Source: a virus
Lineage: Duplodnaviria; Caudoviricetes
Reading direction: 5' to 3' (one strand)
DNA: 25,645 nt
IMG/VR virus record: IMGVR_UViG_3300049995_000030
Location: 1 to 25,645 of that record
In this document: positions 16,847 to 25,526 of the stretch, piece after piece
How positions within the stretch are numbered: the first letter of the stretch is position 1
How the letters are laid out: each line of letters begins with the position of its first letter
Notes under the pieces: generated by a model
Seen by the model: the letters and a program-made list of their open reading frames with translations, nothing else
Database searches by the model: none
Told to the model about the DNA's origin: nothing
Made by a program: the position numbers and the translations under genes

Positions 16847-17004
16847 TGCCAAAAGCACTGGAAAATAAATTGAAAAGAGAGGCAGCAAAAAAAGGATTTA
16901 CTGGTGAGAGGGCAGACAGATATGTTTATGGAACTTTGAGAAAAACGGGTTGGACTCCCTCTACTCAAAAACGAAAAAAACTTTACAGGAAGAAAGGTAA
17001 ATAA
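16846..17004 (+). CDS. small basic protein, 52 aa
   Basis: MPKALENKLKREAAKKGFTGERADRYVYGTLRKTGWTPSTQKRKKLYRKKGK; TAATG coupling at both ends. Confidence 0.75.
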   Translation: MPKALENKLKREAAKKGFTGERADRYVYGTLRKTGWTPSTQKRKKLYRKKGK

Positions 17005-17396
17005 TGGCCGCTACTCTCGCAATTAAACAATATATAAAAATTACTGGTCTCGGCGGTGGGGATGATGAGAGGAATTATGGGTTTACAGACTCTAATGTTC
17101 CTACTGAGGTTGTTCAGGGAAAACCCATAATTGGAAACTCTGCCATTTCTCTTGATTTAGGAAACATTGCTGCTGGAAGTGCTTGTTCTTTATATCTTGA
17201 AGCAATTTCTGGAAATGTTTATGTTACCCTTGGTTCTGCTGATGCAACTCCTTCTGCTACTTTGTCTCATCTTTATCTTTTACAGGGAACGGCGTGTATT
17301 CTTCCCCTGAATCCAAACGCAACAGCTATGCCGGGAATTAGACTTCTTGGTAGTGCTGCAACCGCACAGATTCAGTATATTTTGGTGGGAAAGTAA
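17004..17396 (+). CDS. putative virion structural protein, 130 aa
   Basis: Ala/Gly/Thr-rich, beta-type composition; head region. Confidence 0.65.
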   Translation: MAATLAIKQYIKITGLGGGDDERNYGFTDSNVPTEVVQGKPIIGNSAISLDLGNIAAGSACSLYLEAISGNVYVTLGSADATPSATLSHLYLLQGTACILPLNPNATAMPGIRLLGSAATAQIQYILVGK

Positions 17397-17776
17397 TGTC
17401 AGAAGATTATAGATATTATTTTGAACGTGAGGATAATAAAGAATTAGTTAGTTTATCCTACAAAGAATTGGTTGATGAAAGAGATTGGGAACACAATGGC
17501 AAAGGAAGAACATTTATTATTTGTGATGATGAAATAAAAGCATTTGAACTTGATGATGATAAGGAAAGAAAGTTAAACAATAAAGGATTTGTCAACATTG
17601 GTTTTCAGGAGAACCCCCGTTGGTCGTGGGCAATGGCGGTGAATGTAGAAGATATTCCCAAGATGCAGAAACAATACCCCGACAGGGTTTATAATCTCAA
17701 TACGGGGCAACTGTTGGTAAAAAATCGCACGGAGAAAAAAAGATTGATGAAAGAACATAATATGGAGGAACATTAA
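17396..17776 (+). CDS. hypothetical protein, 126 aa
   Basis: TAATG coupling. Confidence 0.7.
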   Translation: MSEDYRYYFEREDNKELVSLSYKELVDERDWEHNGKGRTFIICDDEIKAFELDDDKERKLNNKGFVNIGFQENPRWSWAMAVNVEDIPKMQKQYPDRVYNLNTGQLLVKNRTEKKRLMKEHNMEEH

Positions 17777-18066
17777 TGATGTTGCGAAGAATAAATCTTG
17801 GTAAAAAACAAGAAAAACCTCAAGAAATTTCTTCATCAAATGAGAATAGAATTATTTATCCGACATTTTGTATTTATGATAAAAAGTTGCCCATCGAGTC
17901 AGACGATGTTGGTAAAATTTTTACTTGTCAGGTTAAAATGGATTTTGTTGGTATTCGTGAAAATACGGACAAAAAAAAGTCAAGTTATAGTTATGATTTT
18001 GAAATAAGAGAAATTGTTTTTGGAGACAAAACAAATGAAACCAGTTCCGAAAAGTTTGAAAAATGA
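17776..18066 (+). CDS. hypothetical protein, 96 aa
   Basis: TAATG coupling; SD GGAGG. Confidence 0.7.
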   Translation: MMLRRINLGKKQEKPQEISSSNENRIIYPTFCIYDKKLPIESDDVGKIFTCQVKMDFVGIRENTDKKKSSYSYDFEIREIVFGDKTNETSSEKFEK

Positions 18067-18289
18067 AGTGAAGTGTGAAGGTTGCCATACAGGATTTCGT
18101 CCTGAGCCAAATGAGAAAGGTCGTAAGTTCTGTTATGGTTGCGACCCCAATAACGAGGGCAAAGTTACGGTTGTTGTTGGAAAAGGTGAGGAAGTTATTT
18201 ATGAGGACAGGGCAGGAAAGATGGGAACAGCTATTGAATCATTGGAGAAACGGGTCGAGGCATTGGAGAAAGCAAAGGAGACAAAGTAA
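18035..18289 (+). CDS. Zn-ribbon + coiled-coil small protein
   Basis: CEGC...CYGC, LEKRVEALEK; ATG at 18035 with GGAG. Confidence 0.65.
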   Translation: MKPVPKSLKNEVKCEGCHTGFRPEPNEKGRKFCYGCDPNNEGKVTVVVGKGEEVIYEDRAGKMGTAIESLEKRVEALEKAKETK

Positions 18290-19219
18290 ATGGCAGAGAT
18301 AAAAGAGACAGAAAATCAGGATGAATTGGTTGATACTTCTACAGCAGAGGAAGGTAAAGAAACCACAGAGGTTAAAGAAGAAAAACCAAATATGAACCTT
18401 GACGGAACTGCTGCTGGGCCGTCTAAGGGTTTTCTTGAAAAACTAAAAGATAAACTTACGGGGGTTAAAGAAGCAAAGGAAGATACCGTTGTTGAACCCA
18501 CCGATGAGTATGGTGAGGAAATCAGTCCTAACTTTATTGAGTCAGCAGGAAAAGCAGGGTGGACACCAGAACAAATTATAGATTATGCCTCTGATAAATC
18601 AAATGAAGATTTGGATTCTTCTATTGATATTCTGTTTAAGAAAGAAGTAGAGGTAAAAGTAGAACCTCCGGTTGAACCTGAGAAGAAGGAAGCTGGAGAT
18701 ATTACTATAGAGTCTTTATCAGCAGAATTAACTAAAACGAGAGAGGAATTGGACACCCTAAAGCAAGGTTTAGGCAAAGTTCAGGAAAAAGACTCTCTTA
18801 AAGAATCTGCTGGTAAATTGACTATGGCTAATGGGATGTTTGACGAGTTTGAAAAATCATTCCCCGTTTTTGGCAAGACAGAGGACTTACCCAAAGTTCC
18901 CAACGGGAACGGACAGTTAGTGCCTACTGACCCCGCCGTAAAAGCCAGAGGTGAAGTATGGGAACGTGCTGTGAGGTTGTTCAAGGCCGATGAATCTTTG
19001 TCCTTTAAGGACGCTTTGACCGAATCTTTGGAAATGTATGAAGGCAAACATTACAAAGACAAAGTTAAAGATGATGTCATTAAAGGTATGAAGCAAAAGT
19101 CGGAACAGTTGACACCCAAGAAAAGCAGAAAGAATGTTGTAAAGACTTACGAAAGTGAGGAGGATAGAAAAGCTGCTGTCGTTAGAGATGCGGCTGAAAA
19201 AGCTGGCGTAAGTTTGTAA
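18290..19219 (+). CDS. capsid scaffolding protein
   Basis: Acidic, helical, 309 aa, immediately upstream of the capsid gene. Confidence 0.7.
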   Translation: MAEIKETENQDELVDTSTAEEGKETTEVKEEKPNMNLDGTAAGPSKGFLEKLKDKLTGVKEAKEDTVVEPTDEYGEEISPNFIESAGKAGWTPEQIIDYASDKSNEDLDSSIDILFKKEVEVKVEPPVEPEKKEAGDITIESLSAELTKTREELDTLKQGLGKVQEKDSLKESAGKLTMANGMFDEFEKSFPVFGKTEDLPKVPNGNGQLVPTDPAVKARGEVWERAVRLFKADESLSFKDALTESLEMYEGKHYKDKVKDDVIKGMKQKSEQLTPKKSRKNVVKTYESEEDRKAAVVRDAAEKAGVSL

Positions 19220-19240
19220 AATTTAAGAAAGGGAAAGAAA

Positions 19241-19697
19241 ATGGATGTGTCTTTAGACCAAGCAATCGATATAACCAACGGCACTCTACAGGACATTCGT
19301 AAGAATAGTTGTCCTATGACTTATCTTTACAGTTCCTACGCTCTCTTTAATTCGTTCTGGAAAAACAGGATGAAACTTGAGGGTGGAAAGAACATAGAAA
19401 GATATATTGCCCTTGGTGATGAAGGTAATGCTGGACATAAGAATAGATGGGCTGATGATACTCACGTTGTAAAGAATATTACCAAGAAATACACAACTGA
19501 GTGGCGGTTTGCAAAAGGTAACTTTAGTTACAACTGGCCTGAAATGGATTTGAATAATGGCCAAGCCCAGATTTATGATGTATTGAAGTTGAAGTATAAC
19601 AACGCTTTGAGGGAAATGGTTGATGAGATATACAAAGCGATTGTTACTACGCCGACATCCTCAACCGATGAGAACAATCCAATCGGTATTCCGGGTT
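19241..19697 (+). CDS. major capsid protein, exon 1
   Basis: Follows the scaffold; ends ...NPIGIPG + T; joins exon 2 in frame. Confidence 0.85.
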
Positions 19698-20350
19698 ATG
19701 CCCAAAATTAAAATCTGACCCGGTTAAATTTCGTAAATTGCTGGAAACTCCTAATACCTTTTAGACTAACGAGGTTAAAATTGAAAGGTTGGAACAATGG
19801 ACAATCAGCAGGTAAGTTCAAAAGAAATAGATTTTTCGTGGTTAGCGGCTGCTATTGAAGGGGAAGGTAGTATTTCCTTTCATATTGGAGCACACATAAA
19901 ACGAGGTGGAAGTCCTACTGAGATTACTCCAATAGTTTGTGTTTATAACACAGACTGGCAGTTTATTGATGCTTGTTATAAAGCTGGTTGTTATGTTACT
20001 GGTGGCTATATAACACATCGAAGAAGAGATCCACGACACAAACCAAGTTGGACGCTAACTTGGCAAGGTGTAAAGCGTTGCTCTAAATTATTAGAGGCAG
20101 TTTTGCCGTTTATGAAGTCTGGTAAAAAAAGACAGGCAGAACTTCTTTTAAAGTATTTAAAGAGTCGTCTTACAAAAGGACAAGGAAAAGGTTACAATAG
20201 AATATCATCTGAGGAGTTTGTTATGTTAATTGAGATTAGACGACTTAATAATAAAAATGACGCTTCTTTTGAAAAACTTCAGAGACTATACACGGAACAG
20301 TTTGGTAGAGAAAAACTGATGATATAGTCCAAGCAATAGAAATATTGTAG
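19698..20350 (+). mobile_element. group I self-splicing intron (653 nt) in the major capsid gene
   Basis: P1 CCGGGUU/GACCCGG with terminal U.G; P3 UUUCGU/ACGGAA; P4 UGCUG/CAGCA; R UCAGAGACUA; S GAUAUAGUCC; P8 CAGUUU/AAACUG; P9 GCAAUA-GAAA-UAUUGU; terminal G 20350; splicing restores the frame. Confidence 0.92.
19797..20327 (+). CDS. intron-encoded single-motif LAGLIDADG homing endonuclease
   Basis: FSWLAAAIEGEGSI; VYNTD; LLEAVLPFMKSGKKRQAELLL. Confidence 0.88.
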   Translation: MDNQQVSSKEIDFSWLAAAIEGEGSISFHIGAHIKRGGSPTEITPIVCVYNTDWQFIDACYKAGCYVTGGYITHRRRDPRHKPSWTLTWQGVKRCSKLLEAVLPFMKSGKKRQAELLLKYLKSRLTKGQGKGYNRISSEEFVMLIEIRRLNNKNDASFEKLQRLYTEQFGREKLMI

Positions 20351-20973
20351 GGATAAGTTTTGGCACAAATAATTCTACTGGTGGGTTTACTGGTTACACT
20401 GGACATTACAACGATGGTAGTGCTACTTCCTTTAATAAGGGTGGTATTGCTTGCACATCTGCTGTAAATCCTCGATGGGCAAATTACTATGCCGACCACG
20501 CAGGGGATTTGGATGATAGTCTGTTGGTAATTTTGGATAGGGCTACTCGTAAGTTGCACTTTACAGGCCCAACTGCTCCACAGGCGTTACCAGACCCGAC
20601 TACCAATGCGAAGTATTCACTGTATTCCAATGACTCTGTTATTGGCTCAATAAATCTTCTATATGCGAAGTCAGACGACCAAATGGGATACCGAATTGGT
20701 TCTCACTTTGGAGTTCCTGTATTTAAGGGAATGGCTTTTGAGTATGTTGATTTATTTGACACGGCGGACACTGACACCTATGGAACTGACCCGATTTTTG
20801 GACTGAATCACGAATTGATTTATCCTGTGGTTCATTCGAGTTGGGACTTCAAGGTAAGTAAACCTTCGCCAAGAGATGACAATCACTTGGTGTTGTCAAC
20901 TTACATTGATTTACAGTATTGTATCGTGGGTGAGAATCTCAGACACGCCGGTTTCTTAGTGAACCAACAGTAG
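20351..20973 (+). CDS. major capsid protein, exon 2
   Basis: Frame open from 20351 (GG ATA AGT TTT...) through NPRWANY into track ORF 20509-20973; spliced CDS 1080 nt = 359 aa. Confidence 0.85.
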
Positions 20974-21085
20974 AAGTAAATAGTAAAACGTGAGGGCGGG
21001 ATGGAAGTCCTTATCCTCTGAATAGGGCCAGTCGGGGCAACGTAACGGCTGGCTCAACGTAACTTTTTAGAAAAGGGAAATTAGA

Positions 21086-22273
21086 ATGAGTAATGTAATG
21101 GGATACGGTCAAGATACAATGGCCGTAAGAAAAAGAGTTTATTTTGAAGATGCTACCACAGTTTATCAAGGTATGCCTGTTTGTTATAATCAGGATACTA
21201 CAGATAATATCTCTGGTTGGAGTAAATCTTCTGATGCAGAAGGAACTACAACTGCCGAGGGGTATCAAAATGAAGGTAAGTTCCTTCGTGTTGAAGCACC
21301 ATCAGAGACTAATGCAAATTGGCACGCAGGAGCGGTTTGTGCCGGTTCGTGGGTAGGAAAAGTTGGCCCAATGTGGTTGGATATTTACATTCCCAATGGG
21401 GCAATTGTTCCCGTTAGAACCAACAAGAACTGCACAATAGGTGATGAACTTGGAATGGCTTCGGGTGCGGTTTATTATGCTGGCCCAACGGGGGATGGAG
21501 ACCCCTATTCTTGTGCTATTTGTATGGAAACAGTAAATCGTTCCAGCATTAACGGATTGGTTCTTGCCAAGTTGTTCCAAACTGGTGTAACTCTTTCTGG
21601 TTTGAGTGGATTTTTAATGCCTACATCTTATCAGAATGGCAGAAGTTATGGTTTTACCGTTGCCGGTGATAACTTCTTTAAGGGTGTGGCGGGCGCTCAG
21701 GAATACTTAGTTCACTTCCAAGGGACTAAATCGGTTGCATCAAGTGGTGATTGTTACGGCGGTATTTTAAAAATCGCCGGTGAGAATGAAGCAACCAATG
21801 CCACAAGTTATATTTTCCGTTCTTTGAATGTTGCTTGTAATAACAGTGGCACACTTTACCGAATTGAAAGTTTTCTGGGAACGAAGAATGATGGTGGTGG
21901 TGTTGCTACTAATGTTATTGGTTTAAGCATTAAGGTTGAGAATTTTGGAACTTGCACAGGAACGGGAACGGTTCTTGGTGGGATTGACATAATTCTCTGT
22001 AATGAGGGAACTGTTGCTGAAACAGAGTTTGGTATTCGTGTTAGAAATGAAAATGCCTCTCTGGCAACAGAAGTAAATGCTGTTTTGAAGGTTCAGGAAA
22101 CTGGAGCAAACACAGGGTTTACCTATCTGTTGAATGTTGACGCTCTTGCAACAATTAGTGCTTATGCTTCGACTGGCAATGCTCCCGCTTTGGCAACTGG
22201 TGATATAATGATTCCAATTTATATTGCCGGTGCAACAAAGTATCTTGTAGCTTTTGCGGATACTGGTGTGTAA
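21086..22273 (+). CDS. capsid decoration/head fibre-like structural protein
   Basis: Follows the capsid gene; Gly/Thr/Ala-rich, beta-type C-terminal part. Confidence 0.6.
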   Translation: MSNVMGYGQDTMAVRKRVYFEDATTVYQGMPVCYNQDTTDNISGWSKSSDAEGTTTAEGYQNEGKFLRVEAPSETNANWHAGAVCAGSWVGKVGPMWLDIYIPNGAIVPVRTNKNCTIGDELGMASGAVYYAGPTGDGDPYSCAICMETVNRSSINGLVLAKLFQTGVTLSGLSGFLMPTSYQNGRSYGFTVAGDNFFKGVAGAQEYLVHFQGTKSVASSGDCYGGILKIAGENEATNATSYIFRSLNVACNNSGTLYRIESFLGTKNDGGGVATNVIGLSIKVENFGTCTGTGTVLGGIDIILCNEGTVAETEFGIRVRNENASLATEVNAVLKVQETGANTGFTYLLNVDALATISAYASTGNAPALATGDIMIPIYIAGATKYLVAFADTGV

Positions 22274-22280
22274 TTTGATT

Positions 22281-22320
22281 AGGAACGGGGAGGATGTTCC
22301 TCCCCTTCCTTTTATTTTTT
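22281..22320 (+). terminator. Rho-independent terminator
   Basis: AGGAA(C)GGGGAGGA-TGT-TCCTCCCCTTCCT followed by TTTATTTTTT. Confidence 0.85.
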
Positions 22321-22333
22321 AAAGGAGACAGAT

Positions 22334-22645
22334 ATGAAATTGTTAGTAACTCAGGTATTAAAACAACGCAACGGTGAGCCAATTAAAGATGGTGATAGTC
22401 AGGGTAAAATAATTGAAGCAACCTTGAGAATGGCTATTATCAATGCTTTGGAATCAACTTTAGAATCAGACAAAAATGAACAACCAATAAAGAAATATGA
22501 ACGAAGCAAACTGGCTGACAGGGTGTATGAGAACAATGAGGTTGAGTTGTCTGTGGAGGAGATTGCACAGATAAAAGACCGAATTGGTAAAGTTTATAAT
22601 TCCTACATTGTAAAACTATGTTGGGATTTATTGGAAACAAAATAG
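22334..22645 (+). CDS. hypothetical helical phage protein, 103 aa
   Basis: SD AAGGAG; EVELSVEEIAQIK. Confidence 0.75.
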   Translation: MKLLVTQVLKQRNGEPIKDGDSQGKIIEATLRMAIINALESTLESDKNEQPIKKYERSKLADRVYENNEVELSVEEIAQIKDRIGKVYNSYIVKLCWDLLETK

Positions 22646-22747
22646 GACGGGAAATTTAAACCTGTCTCCGGTCAGTGAAGTGGTAAGATTAAAGGTGGGC
22701 AGGTTTGCCACTTTACCTGTTCACCCACTGACTTTATAAGGAGTGAT

Positions 22748-23500
22748 ATGAGTTCATTGGAACTTTCGTTTGCTGAGATATATAACAAGACCTCTGAGGT
22801 TTATGGCACAGGTTCTGCCCCCACCGGAACAGACCTGACTAATGCAAAGGCAATGGTCTATCGTGGATATAGACAATTTCTATTTCCAATAGATAAAAGA
22901 ACAGGCAGAAGGCATATTTGGTCTTTCCTAAAAAGACATCTTGTATTTTTAACTCAATCGGGTCAATGGCAATATGAACTTCCCATAAACTTTAAAGAGA
23001 CAGATGGATTTTTCTTTGATAAGGATACTGGTTATTCTTCCCCTAAAAAGGTTTCTGCACAAGAGATTTTAAAAATGCGGGCGTTGGGAACAGAATCAAC
23101 CTATCCCTCTTTTTATGCTTTGGTAAGAACTCCCTATGACGCAACAACGGGAGCAAGTTGGCAGGTGTGGTTCTATGGAGAGCCAGATGATTCTTACAGG
23201 ATTCACTGTTTGTATATTATCAACCCTGAGAAACCCTCTGCAACTACTGATGTTTTTGTCGGGGGGGTGGAGGCGGCAGAGGCCATACTTGAGAGTTGTC
23301 TTGCAATTACTGAAACGGAAGGAGACGAAAAACAGGGTGTTCATACAGCGGAAGCAAACAGGTTAATACAGACACTTATCCAGAATGATTTTGTTGATAT
23401 TCCAGACACGGTAGGAAAGATGTTAGATGTTGGTATTTACGAAATAAGAGGAGGACGATTCCTCCAGAAACTCACAGAAAGTGATGTTTACCAAGAATAG
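22748..23500 (+). CDS. head-tail adaptor / tail tubular protein A-like
   Basis: WSFL...GQWQYELP..F...P..Y...WFYGEPD..Y pattern; position after the capsid block. Confidence 0.7.
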   Translation: MSSLELSFAEIYNKTSEVYGTGSAPTGTDLTNAKAMVYRGYRQFLFPIDKRTGRRHIWSFLKRHLVFLTQSGQWQYELPINFKETDGFFFDKDTGYSSPKKVSAQEILKMRALGTESTYPSFYALVRTPYDATTGASWQVWFYGEPDDSYRIHCLYIINPEKPSATTDVFVGGVEAAEAILESCLAITETEGDEKQGVHTAEANRLIQTLIQNDFVDIPDTVGKMLDVGIYEIRGGRFLQKLTESDVYQE

Positions 23501-23554
23501 GATTATTATTTTACAAAGGGAATAGTTGGATGTATCCCGAAAGAAAGGTGAAAG

Positions 23555-23923
23555 ATGAGTAGTGGAAATTGGGAATTAGAGAAAAAGAGAAACTATGAGT
23601 TGAAGAAGAAAAGAGTAAGTGCGGCTTATACCATTAAGACTGGACTATCCTCACACAACGGGATACTTGACAATCCAGTTTGCGTGTATAATCCCGCAGA
23701 TGATATTGCTATCACTCTGCCAGATGGCTCTTACATTGGACAAGAGGTGTTGGTTGTGGTAGAAGCTAATACATCCGATAAGGACGCAACTCTTACGGTT
23801 ACCACTTCTGCAAATGCAAGTGAGGATGTTATTACATTGGAAGCTGCTGGAGAATATATAAAACTTCTTTGGAATGGAACAGATTGGGATGTTGTATATT
23901 ATGAGGGTTGTAGTTTAGCTTAA
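23555..23923 (+). CDS. virion structural protein
   Basis: ITLPDG...GQ...L.WNGTDW fibre-like module. Confidence 0.65.
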   Translation: MSSGNWELEKKRNYELKKKRVSAAYTIKTGLSSHNGILDNPVCVYNPADDIAITLPDGSYIGQEVLVVVEANTSDKDATLTVTTSANASEDVITLEAAGEYIKLLWNGTDWDVVYYEGCSLA

Positions 23924-23933
23924 GGAGTAAAAA

Positions 23934-24428
23934 ATGAGTAGAAGTGGTGGATATACCATTGGGTCTCAAACCCATTGGAGAGATATTGGAAGTATTACTG
24001 CTTCACACGCAGAATTGACAGTAACCACAAGGGCTGTTGCAACTGCCGAGGCATTGGGTTCTACCTATCTGGTTTCTGTAAAACCAGATGGGAGACCTGC
24101 TGCTCTATTGTTTAGATTTAGAACTGATGGGTCTAATGATGGTAGTTCTGTTCTTCAATTATATTCTGCAAGAGGAAATGACTATTATCATAAGATTGCC
24201 CAACTAACAATACTTCAAGGACAACAACTACAAACTGGGTTAATATATTTTGTGGACACAATAACTCCGGCCAACGAAGATACTTTGTTTGACGGGGAGG
24301 AAGTAAATCTAACAGACCAGATAGCACACTATTTTGTTAGGACTTTTGCTTGTGATAGATTTTTGTTTCTGGCAAGCACTCTTACTCCCACGACCATTTA
24401 TATTGATGTGGCTTACCTTTATGAATAG
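23934..24428 (+). CDS. putative virion structural protein, 164 aa
   Basis: SD AAGGAG; beta-rich composition. Confidence 0.65.
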   Translation: MSRSGGYTIGSQTHWRDIGSITASHAELTVTTRAVATAEALGSTYLVSVKPDGRPAALLFRFRTDGSNDGSSVLQLYSARGNDYYHKIAQLTILQGQQLQTGLIYFVDTITPANEDTLFDGEEVNLTDQIAHYFVRTFACDRFLFLASTLTPTTIYIDVAYLYE

Positions 24429-24433
24429 GTGAA

Positions 24434-24754
24434 ATGATGGCAACTAAATTTTACAATAGTCGCCTCCGTATCACCGATTCAGGAGGTGCGGTTAGGGTAA
24501 CTATTGCTTCCAACGTAGGTCAGGGAAATGGTGGAACTTCCCTGCCCTGTAAGGGTTGCTTCGTAGGTGCTGCGGCTGGAAATACATCTGTTGTGGTGAT
24601 GAATATTGGAGTTGCTGCCTCAGCATCTTTGGGAATAGAAGTTCCTAAATCAAATGCAGGAGGTGGAATGTTTATACCAGTGGATGACGTGAGTTCCCTA
24701 TACTTTTATGGTGCTTCTGACAACGATGTGATAAATTTACTATATTTTACCTAA
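24434..24754 (+). CDS. putative virion structural protein, 106 aa
   Basis: AAAGNTSVVVM...IPVDDVSSLYFYG small beta-sandwich-like sequence. Confidence 0.65.
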   Translation: MMATKFYNSRLRITDSGGAVRVTIASNVGQGNGGTSLPCKGCFVGAAAGNTSVVVMNIGVAASASLGIEVPKSNAGGGMFIPVDDVSSLYFYGASDNDVINLLYFT

Positions 24755-24763
24755 AAGGTTTAT

Positions 24764-25515
24764 ATGGATTTAACTCCTTATTTAGTTGCCCACTGGAAGA
24801 TGAACGATAATGTTGCTTCCACAGTCGTTCTCGATTCAAGTGGCAACGGTTACAACGGCACTGCACAAGCCAACACCAATACACTTGATACCACAGGGAA
24901 AATTGCAGGTGCTTTGACGTTTAACGGCACTACGGATTATATAGATACTGACCAGACTTTTGAGTCGGTTTTTCAGAACAGTTTTGCAATAAATTTCTGG
25001 TGCAAACCGACAGATGGTCAACCTGCGGCCTCGCAGTATATAATGACTGATGTTGATAGTGAAACAGGGTGTGGCATTGAAATAGTTCTTATAAATAATG
25101 GCCTAATTACTGGTGATTGGGAAATAGGTGGAAGTTCAAATCAAATTAATTCTGTAACTACTTTCCCAGATGGGCAGACAGAATGGACAATGATAACCGA
25201 AGTTGTGGAAAAAATATCATCAAGTTTATGTGCTATTCATCTTTACATCAACGGAGAATTAGAAGCAAGTGCAGACATCAATGAAAATATGGCAGGTCTT
25301 GTAATATCGGAGGCTACTTTGAAAATTGGTTTTATGGAATAATAAAATTTTCTGGTTCTCTCGACGACGTAGGGTTATTCAGTCTTGTCGGTATTCCATA
25401 CACCACACAGGAAATAGTAGATTTTCTTTGGAACGGGGGACAAGGGACGGAAGATTTAGTTTCAGGCGGTGGAGAAATGTTAAGTATCCCTCACATTATG
25501 CAGTATATGGAGTAA
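24764..25515 (+). CDS. LamG/concanavalin A-like domain protein, split by a -1 frameshift near 25330
   Basis: LVAHWKMND...DSSGNG..GT...GKIAGALTFNG...LYING; the expected C-terminal FSGSLDDVGLF...EIVDFLWNGGQG lies in the -1 frame, ending at TAA 25513-25515. Confidence 0.75.
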
Positions 25516-25526
25516 GGAGAAATAAA

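Noticed and set aside
19241-19711. 156-aa ORF and 20509-20973 ORF as two independent genes
   Set aside because: They are explained as exons of one capsid gene; the exon 2 frame is open well upstream of the track's TTG start.
24764-25515. DGR target
   Set aside because: No reverse transcriptase or TR/VR repeat pair in the window.
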